Shown here in pieces: positions 1 through 8,723 of a DNA stretch of 64,000 bases; position 1 is the first letter of the stretch; each line of letters begins with the position of its first letter. A program made the translations under genes and the position numbers. Source of the DNA: Bacteroidetes bacterium UBA1941 (GTDB lineage: Bacteria > Bacteroidota > Bacteroidia > Chitinophagales > LD1); the NCBI GenBank assembly GCA_002336805.1, contig DDEZ01000012.1, positions 111,054 through 175,053 of the forward strand, written 5' to 3'. Under the pieces are notes generated by a model, which was not told the DNA's origin, did not search any database, and saw nothing but the letters and a program-made list of their open reading frames with translations.

Positions 1-438
1 GGGAGTGGTCTTGCGGGTATCGAGTATTCGGGTGCCAGTACCCTCTACTGCTGAGACATAGCGGGCAGTATTGGTAGCTATGCCTGACATGCGCTGCATG
101 AAATTCAGGATCAGGCGCTCTGCCTGCAGGATAGACTTCTCCTCTCCGTACAGGTGAAATGCGATATCCCCTTTGCTGATCCGGGCTCCGTCATAGAGAA
201 ACACCTCGAAGCGCAGCGAGGGGTCTATTTTGTGCGCGACCCACTGGGCCAGCTCTACGCCAGCCAGTATACCCTCTGCCTTGCAGATGAGCTTTGCCTT
301 TGTCTGTTTACCTTTAGGAAAACAGGCTAAGGCTGAATGATCGCCTTTGGGAATGATATTGAGAGGATCCCTGACATCCTCGGTGATGGCAAGGTCTATG
401 ATCTGGTCTATCTGAGAGCGGTAATGTGATACATTCAT
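1..438 (-). CDS. nadC: Nicotinate-nucleotide diphosphorylase (quinolinate phosphoribosyltransferase), N-terminal part; the gene runs off the window's left edge
   Basis: Own translation of the minus strand from ATG (rc of cat 436-438): MNVSHYRSQIDQIIDLAITEDVRDP...AEGILAGVELAQWV...ERLILNFMQRMSGIATNTARYV...ILDTRKTTP. These are typical NadC motifs. The ORF is open to position 1. Confidence 0.8.
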   Translation of the reverse strand, partial: MNVSHYRSQIDQIIDLAITEDVRDPLNIIPKGDHSALACFPKGKQTKAKLICKAEGILAGVELAQWVAHKIDPSLRFEVFLYDGARISKGDIAFHLYGEEKSILQAERLILNFMQRMSGIATNTARYVSAVEGTGTRILDTRKTTP

Positions 439-541
439 AGTGTAAAGGAAAGAGAAAATGCCAAAAGCAAAAATACGTCCCGGTCCACTGTGCAGGGCAA
501 CTGTTTCTCACTGTGACCCGTTTACCTACAAACACTCAGAC

Positions 542-868
542 ATGCATATCACTAAGACCACCACTACCCTGCTTATTGCATTTTTCACCGCCTTCCTGGC
601 TATATCCGCCTGCAAAAAAAGTACAACCTCCTGCAACAATCCTACTGCGGCTATCATACTAAACCGTGGACCTGTATCGGGCGATGGATGTGGCTGGGTG
701 GTACGTATAGATACGGTGGACTATCATCCCGTGAGCCTGGCCTCCGGCTATCAGACCGATAGCCTGAGAGTAAACGTAAGCTATACTTTGGACACATCCC
801 ACTTCTACTGTGGGCTCCTGCCTACAGCTATGCCGGTGATCTCAGTGAGCTGTATAGAGCGCAGATAG
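542..868 (+). CDS. Small hypothetical lipoprotein
   Basis: The internal ATG at 542 gives MHITKTTTTLLIAFFTAFLAISAC|KK, a lipobox-like signal. The ORF-track start at 458 adds a non-signal leader that overlaps the nadC start. Confidence 0.55.
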   Translation: MHITKTTTTLLIAFFTAFLAISACKKSTTSCNNPTAAIILNRGPVSGDGCGWVVRIDTVDYHPVSLASGYQTDSLRVNVSYTLDTSHFYCGLLPTAMPVISVSCIERR

Positions 869-870
869 TC

Positions 871-1467
871 TCAGTTGATATTGGTCAGGTCGAGATGGAT
901 CTTAGTGACTTGTGGCACCAGCTCCATGATGGTATCATTGTAGATGATATAGTCAGCGTATTTGACCTTCTGCTCCTCGGGCATCTGGGCCTTGATACGG
1001 GCCAGCACCTGCTCTCTTGTAGCCTGGTCGCGCTCCATCACGCGCTTGATACGATCCTCTTCGGGAGCAGATACTACGATCAGTTTATCCAGTGTGAGAT
1101 ACGAGCCAGTCTCTACCAGGAGGGCTGCTTCCTTTAGCGTGTATGGATAGCCTTTCCTGGCCAGTACTTCATTCCAGGACTGGTTGTCTTTGAACACGGC
1201 GGGATGCACCAGGCTATTGAGTTTGACCAAAAGCTCTTCATTATTGAATACAATCTCCGCCAGCCTTTTGCGCTGCAGGCGGCCTTCGGCGTCATAGACC
1301 TCATCGCCAAACTCGCGGCGGATATCTGCCACCAGCTGTTTATCATCTTCCATGAGCTCCTTGGCGCGCTGATCGGCATAATAGATGGGCACTCCGAGCC
1401 GCTCAAATATTTGGCAGACCGTAGTCTTGCCGCTGCCTATACCTCCTGTGATACCTACTTTCAGCAT
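871..1467 (-). CDS. coaE: Dephospho-CoA kinase
   Basis: 198 aa. N-terminal P-loop MLKVGITGGIGSGKTTV and CoaE-like length and layout. Confidence 0.9.
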   Translation of the reverse strand: MLKVGITGGIGSGKTTVCQIFERLGVPIYYADQRAKELMEDDKQLVADIRREFGDEVYDAEGRLQRKRLAEIVFNNEELLVKLNSLVHPAVFKDNQSWNEVLARKGYPYTLKEAALLVETGSYLTLDKLIVVSAPEEDRIKRVMERDQATREQVLARIKAQMPEEQKVKYADYIIYNDTIMELVPQVTKIHLDLTNIN

Positions 1468-1493
1468 GATGATCTATATGCCAGCAAATCTAT

Positions 1494-1532
1494 ACGAAAA
1501 AACAAAACCCTCAGCGCCGTGCCGAGGGTTTT
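1494..1532 (-). terminator. Rho-independent terminator candidate downstream of the htrA-like gene
   Basis: Hairpin AAAACCCTC(1504-1512)/GAGGGTTTT(1524-1532). On the minus strand it is followed by TTTGTTTTTT. Confidence 0.5.
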
Positions 1533-1557
1533 GATCTATAAACAGAAAATCTTGCGG

Positions 1558-3060
1558 TCACATCCGGAAGGCATACAGGTAGCTCTCCTGCTTATTGGGA
1601 TATACTCCCTCTATCAGCACCTTACCTGATTTTTCTTTCATGATGTTTACAAAGTCCTGCACAGTATTCACCGGCTGGTCATCTATCTGCGTGATCACAA
1701 AACCCTTGTGCATGTTAGTCAGCTCAGATAGCTTGCCATCCTTGAGGTCTGTGATGCGTACACCACCAGGCACACGGAGCTGTGCTTTCTCCTGATTAGA
1801 GAGGTCGCCTACTGCCACACCCAGCTGCTCCAGAATGTCATTGGCATTATCTACAGTAGCTACCGTATTGTATTTATTCTTGAGCTGCACGGAGGTGGTC
1901 TGCAGCTTGCCGTCGCGGAGATATTCTACAGTGATCTTATCGCCGGGGCGGTACTTGGCTACCTGCTCCTGCAGCTCAGGAGAGCTGGCCACAGGGAAGC
2001 CGTTGATCTTTAGGATCACGTCTTTATTCTTCAGGCCACCGGCCTCACCGGCAGAGCCTTTATTTACACCATCCACATACACGCCCTGAGGCTCATTCAT
2101 ACCGAGGTTTTTGGCTGTCTCATCATCCAGCGTGCGGATAGTGACACCCAGGAAGCCGCGCTGAGCTGTACCAAATTTCTCGAGGTCATAGATCACTTTG
2201 TGTACGATATTGGCCGGCACGGCAAAGGAATAACCTGCGTAGCTACCGGTAGGTGACGCGATAGCAGTATTGATACCTACCAGCTGGCCATTGGCATTGA
2301 CCAGTGCGCCACCGCTATTGCCCGGATTGACCGCAGCATCGGTTTGTATAAAGGACTCTATGGCCGTATTGGCATGCGCCTCACCTCCATCACCCATCAT
2401 ATTCAGGTTGCGCCCCTTGGCACTCACGATACCGGCTGTGACGGTAGACGCGAGGTTAAACGGATTACCTACTGCAAGCACCCACTCACCCACCAGCACA
2501 GAGTCAGAGTTGGCAAACTGAATGGCAGGGAAATTATCTCCCTCTATTTTCAGCAGGGCTATGTCTGTGTCAGGGTCGCGGCCTACGATCTTCGCTTTGT
2601 ACGAGCGGTTATTGTGCAGTACTACCTGTACGTTGGTGGCGTTTTCTACCACGTGGTTATTGGTCACGATATAGCCGTCTGGAGAGACGATCACACCTGA
2701 GCCGGTAGCCATCTGCTCACGCGGCGCACGCTGGTACGGGTTTGGCCCCTGGAAGAACTGGAAGAAATCATCTCCAAAGAGATCCTGCTGCCTGCCGCCG
2801 CGCATCGCTACGGGTTCAGCCTTGAAGGTGGACTTGACGTGTACGACAGCGGGTGTAGAGGCAGATGCCGCGTAGCGGAAATCTATAGGTTGCGATGAAG
2901 CAGTATTCATGGCTGCCGCCATGGCTGTGCGGTGGATAGGAAGATTGTTGTCTATGTAAGTAATGCGTTCTGGCGCCAGGTAATGCTGGTAAGCCATCAC
3001 TGAGCCCAGAGCACATACCACTGAGGCTACTACTGTGAAAAATGATCTTTTGAAATTCAT
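1558..3060 (-). CDS. htrA: Do/DegP/HtrA-family periplasmic serine endoprotease with two PDZ domains
   Basis: Catalytic triad context TNNHVV, DIALLKI and GNSGGALVN. The N-terminal TM/signal is MNFKRSFFTVVASVVCALGSV. I chose the start at ATG 3060 because a -7 box lies inside the longer ORF. Confidence 0.9.
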   Translation of the reverse strand: MNFKRSFFTVVASVVCALGSVMAYQHYLAPERITYIDNNLPIHRTAMAAAMNTASSQPIDFRYAASASTPAVVHVKSTFKAEPVAMRGGRQQDLFGDDFFQFFQGPNPYQRAPREQMATGSGVIVSPDGYIVTNNHVVENATNVQVVLHNNRSYKAKIVGRDPDTDIALLKIEGDNFPAIQFANSDSVLVGEWVLAVGNPFNLASTVTAGIVSAKGRNLNMMGDGGEAHANTAIESFIQTDAAVNPGNSGGALVNANGQLVGINTAIASPTGSYAGYSFAVPANIVHKVIYDLEKFGTAQRGFLGVTIRTLDDETAKNLGMNEPQGVYVDGVNKGSAGEAGGLKNKDVILKINGFPVASSPELQEQVAKYRPGDKITVEYLRDGKLQTTSVQLKNKYNTVATVDNANDILEQLGVAVGDLSNQEKAQLRVPGGVRITDLKDGKLSELTNMHKGFVITQIDDQPVNTVQDFVNIMKEKSGKVLIEGVYPNKQESYLYAFRM

Positions 3061-3101
3061 GGCTATTCCGTTTTGTTTTCTTGTTTGAACGAATACGAAC
3101 A

Positions 3102-3109
3102 CAAAATTA
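3102..3109 (-). promoter_or_regulatory. Bacteroidota-type -7 box (TAATTTTG) upstream of htrA
   Basis: The minus strand reads ...cTTGgtttcatgcacctgctgaaaTAATTTTGtg. It matches TAnnTTTG, with a TTG about 20 nt upstream, and lies about 40 nt before ATG 3060. Confidence 0.35.
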
Positions 3110-3255
3110 TTTCAGCAGGTGCATGAAACCAAGTCCCACGCACCTGTCCTTAACTCTGTTTAACAGCACCTTTTTAATGAACGTTAAAAGCGCTTTTATC
3201 GTGTAAGAGTAGAACGCAGAACCTGCAGGAAGTAACAACGCAGATGCCCAAAGGT

Positions 3256-5205
3256 TTACTTGCGCTTGTACACCACTATGCCGGTGGCCTTGGCAAATTC
3301 CTTTTTCTGCTCAGTGAGTACCTTGTAGAGCTGGATCAGCTCATCTATCTGCTCCGGTGTCTCTGCAGTACGCATGCGCTCCTCCACTTCATAGAGAGTG
3401 GCAAAGTTTTTCATCTGCTTCATCCGCATGGTAGAGGAGACGATGTCCTGTATATAGATGGTCTTCTTGTCAGGTACGATCACCTCATATTTCTCCCACC
3501 AGCCCGGGCTGAGCTGATCCTGCGCAGAGGCCGTGACGAGGTCTATGGCCAGCCGGCTGATCTCAGGATCTGTATGCTGCGTGTAGAAAGTCTCCGGATG
3601 GATACGCCCCGCGTCATACTCTGAGCGGATGTAGTCGTAGGCATACTTGTACTTAGACTCAAAGAGTATGCCCTCCAGTGTGTCAAAGATAAACTGTGTA
3701 GCCGTCTCAGGCTCCCCGCCGTCTACCGGCACCTCCCAGGTGCCATACTCCATCAGTGCGCGCACGATGTCACGCTCTATCGGCTCCGGATTGTGCGTAG
3801 AGGCGAGCATCTGCTCCTGGTGCACCTGCGCATTGGCAGCTATGTCCTGTATCTCTATGTGCGGGGCTACATCTTCTTTGGTCTTGTCCTTGGCGCGGGA
3901 GTTGCGCATCTTATTGACCTCGGCTATCAGTATCTGCTCCGACATCTGCATGCTGTGGGCACACTGCTGTATGTACACAGAGCGCTGTATCATATCCGGT
4001 ATGCGCGAGATAGACTGCACGATGTCACGGATCATGTCAGCCTTCTTGACAGGGTCGTTTTTGGCCTCGGCAGCATACAGGTCCGTCTTGAAAATGATGA
4101 GGTCCTTCTTATTCTCCCTGATAAAATCAGTAAAGGCGGTAGCACCTACTCTGCGCACATAGCTATCCGGGTCCTCCTGGTCCGGCAGGATCACGATCCG
4201 CACATTCATACCCTCCTCCAGTACCATATCGGTACCGCGCAGGGCCGCCTTGATACCCGCTGCGTCTCCATCATAGAGGATGGTCACATTGTGGGTGAAA
4301 CGCTTGATGAGCCGTATCTGGTCTGTAGTGAGGGCCGTGCCGCTGGAGGCTACTACATTATCTATCCCTGCCTGTACGAGTGATATGACATCGGTATAGC
4401 CCTCTACCAGCAGGCACTCGTCCTGCTTGCGTATGTCCCCTTTGGCCTGGTAGATGCCATAGAGGATCTTGCTTTTGACATAGACCTCGCTCTCACCCGT
4501 ATTGACATACTTTGGAGACTTCTCATCCTTCACCATGATACGCCCGCCAAAGGCGATCACCTTGCCCACCAGATTGTGCACCGGGAACATCACCCGATTG
4601 CGGAAGAAGTCGTATTTCGATCCTTCCTTGGGCGAGGTGAGTCCGGCTTTCTTCAGGATATCGAGCTGATAGCCCGCCTTCAGCGCGGTCTCAGTAAAAT
4701 CGGTACCATTCTCTGGGGCAAAACCCAGTTGAAATTTCTCTATGGTCTGCGTGCTAAAGCCACGCTCTTTGAAATAGGCGAGGCCTACAGCCCCTTTCTC
4801 ATTGTGCAGCAGATAGTCGGTGAAAAAGCGCTGCCCAAAGGCATTGGCGATCAGCACACTCTCAGTCAGTGATTGCTTCTCATCTTCCTCCTTCTTCTGC
4901 TCCTCACTGCGGTACTCCTCTACTACCTCTATGTTATACTTTTTGGCCAGGTACTTTAGCGCCTCTACGTAGGTCATCTGCTGGCTCTCCATGAGGAATG
5001 TCACCGAGTTGCCCGCCTTGCCACAGCCAAAGCACTTGTAGATGCCCCTGGATACAGAGACATTGAAGGACGGCGTTTTTTCATTGTGGAAAGGGCAATT
5101 GCCGATCAGGCTGGAGCCGCGCTTCTTGAGGGTCACAAACTCCCCTACGACCTCGTCTATACGGGCCTCCTCCATGATGCGCGCTATGGTAAACTTTGGG
5201 ATCAC
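3256..5205 (-). CDS. dnaG: DNA primase
   Basis: Zinc finger CPFHNEKTPSFNVSVSRGIYKCFGCGKAGN and TOPRIM motifs EGYTDV...DGDAAG. The start is uncertain. GTG at 5205 gives VIPKFTIARIMEEARIDEVV, and the longest ORF reaches 5268. Confidence 0.9.
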   Translation of the reverse strand: MIPKFTIARIMEEARIDEVVGEFVTLKKRGSSLIGNCPFHNEKTPSFNVSVSRGIYKCFGCGKAGNSVTFLMESQQMTYVEALKYLAKKYNIEVVEEYRSEEQKKEEDEKQSLTESVLIANAFGQRFFTDYLLHNEKGAVGLAYFKERGFSTQTIEKFQLGFAPENGTDFTETALKAGYQLDILKKAGLTSPKEGSKYDFFRNRVMFPVHNLVGKVIAFGGRIMVKDEKSPKYVNTGESEVYVKSKILYGIYQAKGDIRKQDECLLVEGYTDVISLVQAGIDNVVASSGTALTTDQIRLIKRFTHNVTILYDGDAAGIKAALRGTDMVLEEGMNVRIVILPDQEDPDSYVRRVGATAFTDFIRENKKDLIIFKTDLYAAEAKNDPVKKADMIRDIVQSISRIPDMIQRSVYIQQCAHSMQMSEQILIAEVNKMRNSRAKDKTKEDVAPHIEIQDIAANAQVHQEQMLASTHNPEPIERDIVRALMEYGTWEVPVDGGEPETATQFIFDTLEGILFESKYKYAYDYIRSEYDAGRIHPETFYTQHTDPEISRLAIDLVTASAQDQLSPGWWEKYEVIVPDKKTIYIQDIVSSTMRMKQMKNFATLYEVEERMRTAETPEQIDELIQLYKVLTEQKKEFAKATGIVVYKRK

Positions 5206-5454
5206 CTCTGACCGGATTTGGGATGCCGAAGGTAATGAAAATCTGCTACCTGTGCCGTGGAGGCACATAGGCGGGGGATGGCATATTAGCCAACGAAGTT
5301 TTTTAAGTGTTTTAACAGTAAAGAAATGCGTATGGAGTCGTCCTATACGTTAGAGATATACGAAAGATTAACTGCATGAGCGTTTCGTAGTTTTGTTTAT
5401 TAGGTTTGGGTTTGGGCCCTCCTGCCGTAACGGGAGGGCCTTTCTTTTGCCCAT

Positions 5455-5485
5455 AAAAAAGCCGGCTCGGATCGCTCCTGCCGGC
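5455..5485 (-). terminator. Rho-independent terminator after the 83-aa gene
   Basis: GCCGGC(5461-5466)...GCCGGC(5480-5485) hairpin. On the minus strand it is followed by TTTTTT (A-run 5455-5460 on plus). Confidence 0.55.
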
Positions 5486-5506
5486 TAGTTTGCAATTTAT
5501 ACCGAT

Positions 5507-5758
5507 TCACAATTTTTCGTCTTGTACTTTCTCCCTCAGGTCAGGGGTAGCATGATCATGATCTGAGGCATAGCGCTTCATGATGGCCAGCAGATTGTCA
5601 TAGTAGTCCGCCAGAATTTTGGCGTTGATCTCCGGGTGTTCCTCGTCAGGATTTGTCACAGGCATCTCGCCTATGTATTTACTCATCTCCGGATATTTCT
5701 CCCTGATCTCTAGGGTGAGGCGCGAGATAGCTTCTGTCATTTCTTTTTCTGTGAGCAT
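5507..5758 (-). CDS. Hypothetical small cytosolic protein (83 aa)
   Basis: Clean ORF with its own terminator. The product is acidic and helical (MLTEKEMTEAISRLTLEIREKYPEMSKYIGEMP...). I recognise no family. Confidence 0.6.
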   Translation of the reverse strand: MLTEKEMTEAISRLTLEIREKYPEMSKYIGEMPVTNPDEEHPEINAKILADYYDNLLAIMKRYASDHDHATPDLREKVQDEKL

Positions 5759-5783
5759 GGCTTATTTTTTTGATGGTGATAAA

Positions 5784-7169
5784 TTACCTCGGTCCACGGC
5801 CCGGTCCGCCGCCTCCATGATTCATAGGTGGTGCCTGCTGCATAGGCTCCTGCCTCATGGGTTGTGGTGGAGCCTGGTGCATTGGCTCCTGTCTCATAGG
5901 CTGCTGCTGCGGCATCTGGCGCGGCTGCTCCATGCGAGGTTGCTCCATACGGGGCTGAGGGGCTTGTCTTGGTTGTTCCATTCTGGGCTGTGGCGTAGGT
6001 GCCTGGCGCATCGGCTCCTGCTGTCGTGGCATCGGTGCCTGACGCATCGGCTCTGACTGGCGCGGCATAGGTGCCTGCCTGATCGGCTCATTACGCTGCT
6101 GCGGCGCAGGACGCTGAGCAGGTTCCTGCCTCATAGGCTGCTGCGGGCGCTTCTGTGGTGCAGTCCTTTGAGCAGGTTCGCTCCTCTGTGACGGCATCGT
6201 CCGCTGCTGCGGTGCATCGCGTTTCACAGGCGCATTGTTACCTTTATTCATATCAGGCCTCGCAGGGGCAGCCTTACCATTGGCAGGATTGGCCTGCCGG
6301 ACAGGTGCTACACCCTTATTATTTTCGGGCCTGGCTGCCGGCTGTCCTGCACTGCGCTGCTGCACAGGTTTCACGTCTTTCATGTCTGCTACTTTGGTAG
6401 GTGCGGGCTTTTGCCCGTTGGCTGCTGCGGTGTGCTCTACGCGGGGGCGGTATACTTCTACGGCATTGCCGCTGGCAGCAGTTCTACCCGGTTTGGGTGC
6501 ATCATGTACCGCTACGGTATTCACCGTTCTGCCCGTGGCGCGCTGTACATCTGTCGGTGGCGGGCCTGTTGCATAGCGCTGATTAGTGGAGTGATTGACC
6601 ACTGTGTTATTGACTATGGTCGTATGGTTGATGATCGTATTATTCTCAGTGCGGCTGACTACATGGTTCACTATATTGGGCTGACCAAAGTCGCGCTCAT
6701 GTACAAAGCACCAGTGATCTGCCGGTATGCTATAGCCCCCGCTCAGGTAGACATCTACACCTATACCAGGTGCCATAGGTGCCCAGCCCCAGTAGCCGTC
6801 CGCATGCCTCCAGGTGACCCAGGCCGGTCCCCACTCTGTGCCCGGCACCCACATAGCACCGTAGACAGGATCCATATACCAGCGGCCATAGTGGAATGGT
6901 GCCCAGCCCCAGTCATAGTCTGACACCCAGGTCCAGCCATATTCCGTATAGACCCAGTGGCCGCCGCTCTCATATGGTACGAAGCCCGGTCCCGCATTGG
7001 GTAGCCAGACGTAGCCATATGTGGGATTATTTACCCAAGTGCCGTATGGACTGAGGTCATCATAGAAAACCTGAAAACTAACAGAGACTTGCGCCCGCCC
7101 CTGCTCAGGCCAAAGAAAAGTGGTGCCTGCCAGTAGCAGTACCATGAGGATTTTGGTGATCCGTGTCAT
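5784..7169 (-). CDS. Secreted protein with a W/Y/G-rich N-terminal domain and a long P/Q/M/R-rich repeat tail
   Basis: Signal peptide MTRITKILMVLLLAGTTFLWPEQGRAQ. The N-domain is rich in YGxVWxP / WGWAP motifs (resembles DUF6600-type proteins; tentative). The C-terminal ~180 aa are degenerate EPMRQAPMPRQ repeats. Confidence 0.75.
   Translation of the reverse strand: MTRITKILMVLLLAGTTFLWPEQGRAQVSVSFQVFYDDLSPYGTWVNNPTYGYVWLPNAGPGFVPYESGGHWVYTEYGWTWVSDYDWGWAPFHYGRWYMDPVYGAMWVPGTEWGPAWVTWRHADGYWGWAPMAPGIGVDVYLSGGYSIPADHWCFVHERDFGQPNIVNHVVSRTENNTIINHTTIVNNTVVNHSTNQRYATGPPPTDVQRATGRTVNTVAVHDAPKPGRTAASGNAVEVYRPRVEHTAAANGQKPAPTKVADMKDVKPVQQRSAGQPAARPENNKGVAPVRQANPANGKAAPARPDMNKGNNAPVKRDAPQQRTMPSQRSEPAQRTAPQKRPQQPMRQEPAQRPAPQQRNEPIRQAPMPRQSEPMRQAPMPRQQEPMRQAPTPQPRMEQPRQAPQPRMEQPRMEQPRQMPQQQPMRQEPMHQAPPQPMRQEPMQQAPPMNHGGGGPGRGPR
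5998..6105. repeat. Three imperfect 36-bp tandem repeats inside the CDS
   Basis: Three units start at 5998, 6034 and 6070: ggtgcctggcgcatcggctcctgctgtcgtggcatc / ggtgcctgacgcatcggctctgactggcgcggcata / ggtgcctgcctgatcggctcattacgctgctgcggc. More degenerate copies span about 5800-6150. Confidence 0.7.
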
Positions 7170-7189
7170 GAGATGGATTTTTAGTGTTT

Positions 7190-7366
7190 TTAATTCTGGC
7201 GAGTGCCTATATGTGTGGTGGTATCGCCATCCTTAGGTGGCGTAGGATAGTGCCTTTTATTAGGTTTGGAAAGGTCTGATACCACTACGTGGCGATTGCA
7301 GCCGGCTGCCATCACCGCTACCATGATGGCGCTGAGCAGTAGGGTCTTATATGCTTGCTTTTTCAT
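7190..7366 (-). CDS. Small lipoprotein (58 aa), not in the ORF track (<60 aa)
   Basis: Own translation: MKKQAYKTLLLSAIMVAVMAAGC|NRHVVVSDLSKPNKRHYPTPPKDGDTTTHIGTRQN*. It has a classic lipobox. The stop lies 20 nt upstream of the 5784-7169 gene start, on the same strand. Confidence 0.45.
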   Translation of the reverse strand: MKKQAYKTLLLSAIMVAVMAAGCNRHVVVSDLSKPNKRHYPTPPKDGDTTTHIGTRQN

Positions 7367-7451
7367 TGTCGTAGTTTTTACGCTTTATAGTTTTCCAAAG
7401 CCGTGCCAACCTTTCACATTTTTTCGCAGCAGGGGTTTAAACACTTTGGTC

Positions 7452-7459
7452 TATCTTTG
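7452..7459 (+). promoter_or_regulatory. -7 box TATCTTTG upstream of the DUF4476-like gene
   Basis: Exact TAnnTTTG match 24 nt before ATG 7483. Confidence 0.35.
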
Positions 7460-7482
7460 GTCATACCCGCAATACGATCGAT

Positions 7483-8214
7483 ATGAGATACCTAGTCCTC
7501 ACTCTGGCCATCACTGCTGCGCTCCGCGCTACCGCAGGCTGCGAAAACTCCACTATGGAGGTGCACACGGCCCTGCGCCGCCCTATCAAGGTATATGTAG
7601 ATGGCCGTACGGGTAGCAATCCTCCTACTGTAGGCGTGGTAGTGAATAACATACCGCCCGGCATGCATAAAATACAGGTAGTGGAGGTACGGACCAACCG
7701 GTATGGGGAAGAAACGCACACCACAGTCTACAATGGCAACATAGATGTGCGCCCCTCAGTCTATATGGATGCCCGCGTGGATGAATACCGCGGTATATCT
7801 ATCCATGATACGCATGTACCATGTGACCAGACTGGCAATACGCCGCCTCCTGCAGGTGGTAGTGGCTACAGCACTACACCGTCTGATGCGTTCGTGCAGG
7901 CTCCTCCCCCTGCGCCCGCTGTACCTGAGCACATGAGTGATGCAGACTTCAAAAAGCTGGTGAATACGATCACGGCGTCTAAGTACGAGACCAAGAAACT
8001 GGATACGCTGAATGCGAGCATCACAGGTGCGGCCTTTGCTACGGACCAAGTACGGCAGGTCATGAACCTCTTCTCCTTTGAGAGCAATAAGCTGGCGGTG
8101 GCCAAGCTGCTGTATGACCATACGGTAGATCAGCAGAATTATAGTAAGTTGGCATCAGGATTCAACTTCCAGGCAAATAAAGATGCCTTTGAGAAGTTTC
8201 TGTCAGGCAAATGA
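7483..8214 (+). CDS. DUF4476-like domain protein with signal/lipoprotein N-terminus
   Basis: N-terminus MRYLVLTLAITAALRATAGC. The C-terminal segment DADFKKLVNTITASKYETKKLDTLNASITGAAFATDQVRQVMNLFSFESNKLAVAKLLYDHTVDQQNY matches the DUF4476 pattern as I recall it. Confidence 0.75.
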   Translation: MRYLVLTLAITAALRATAGCENSTMEVHTALRRPIKVYVDGRTGSNPPTVGVVVNNIPPGMHKIQVVEVRTNRYGEETHTTVYNGNIDVRPSVYMDARVDEYRGISIHDTHVPCDQTGNTPPPAGGSGYSTTPSDAFVQAPPPAPAVPEHMSDADFKKLVNTITASKYETKKLDTLNASITGAAFATDQVRQVMNLFSFESNKLAVAKLLYDHTVDQQNYSKLASGFNFQANKDAFEKFLSGK

Positions 8215-8696
8215 ATAATACGACCATCCGGCTGGTAAAGCCTGAAGAACACCAGGAGCTAAAAGATATGTGCGCGGAGTACCTGCACCAGATGTATGCC
8301 CCGCGCAAGATAGACGTCACGCCCATGTATGCGCTTATGGACCGCTACTTTACTGAGGCGGACCGGTTTCCGTACTACATTTTTCACAATGATACGCTGT
8401 GCGGCTTTGCGCTGGTCAATTCGCACTGTGTCATCGAATCCCGTACGCCACGCCATGCCTTTGGTGAGTTTTATGTCAGGCAGGAGTTTCGGCTGCACGG
8501 GGTGGGTACGGCTGCGGCCACGCAGCTATTTGATCTGCACCGCGGCTACTGGGAGATCCGCGAGCTGGCAGACAACACCTCGGGCACGGCCTTCTGGCGC
8601 AGACTACTCACTCGCTATGCTCACGGCAACTTCACCGAAATGGAGCTGAATGATGAAAGATGGAAGGGGTGGGTGCAGTTGTTTAGTAATGGGTGA
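8211..8696 (+). CDS. GNAT-family acetyltransferase-like protein
   Basis: 161 aa with a core FGEFYVRQEFRLHGVGTAAATQLF (acetyl-CoA motif A-like). Its ATG overlaps the upstream stop (ATGA at 8211-8214). Confidence 0.7.
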   Translation: MNNTTIRLVKPEEHQELKDMCAEYLHQMYAPRKIDVTPMYALMDRYFTEADRFPYYIFHNDTLCGFALVNSHCVIESRTPRHAFGEFYVRQEFRLHGVGTAAATQLFDLHRGYWEIRELADNTSGTAFWRRLLTRYAHGNFTEMELNDERWKGWVQLFSNG

Positions 8697-8723
8697 AGGC
8701 GACATTACTTCAACTATTTTATC

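Noticed and set aside
458-541. The upstream 28-codon extension of the 542-868 lipoprotein ORF.
   Set aside because: The extension overlaps the nadC start and promoter region and precedes a much better signal-peptide start at 542.
5042-5353. A 103-aa plus-strand ORF overlapping the dnaG start region.
   Set aside because: It overlaps the conserved primase zinc-finger coding region in antisense and has no recognisable features. It is most likely spurious.
5800-6150. A periodic repeat region that could be mistaken for a CRISPR-like or minisatellite array.
   Set aside because: The repeats are contiguous with no unique spacers, are imperfect, and stay in frame within a long ORF that encodes a P/Q-rich tail. 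This is a coding tandem repeat, not CRISPR.
7266-7616. A 116-aa plus-strand ORF bridging the 7190-7366 lipoprotein gene and the DUF4476-like gene start.
   Set aside because: It overlaps two better-supported genes, one with a lipobox peptide on the minus strand and one with a signal peptide at 7483. Its sequence is not protein-like.
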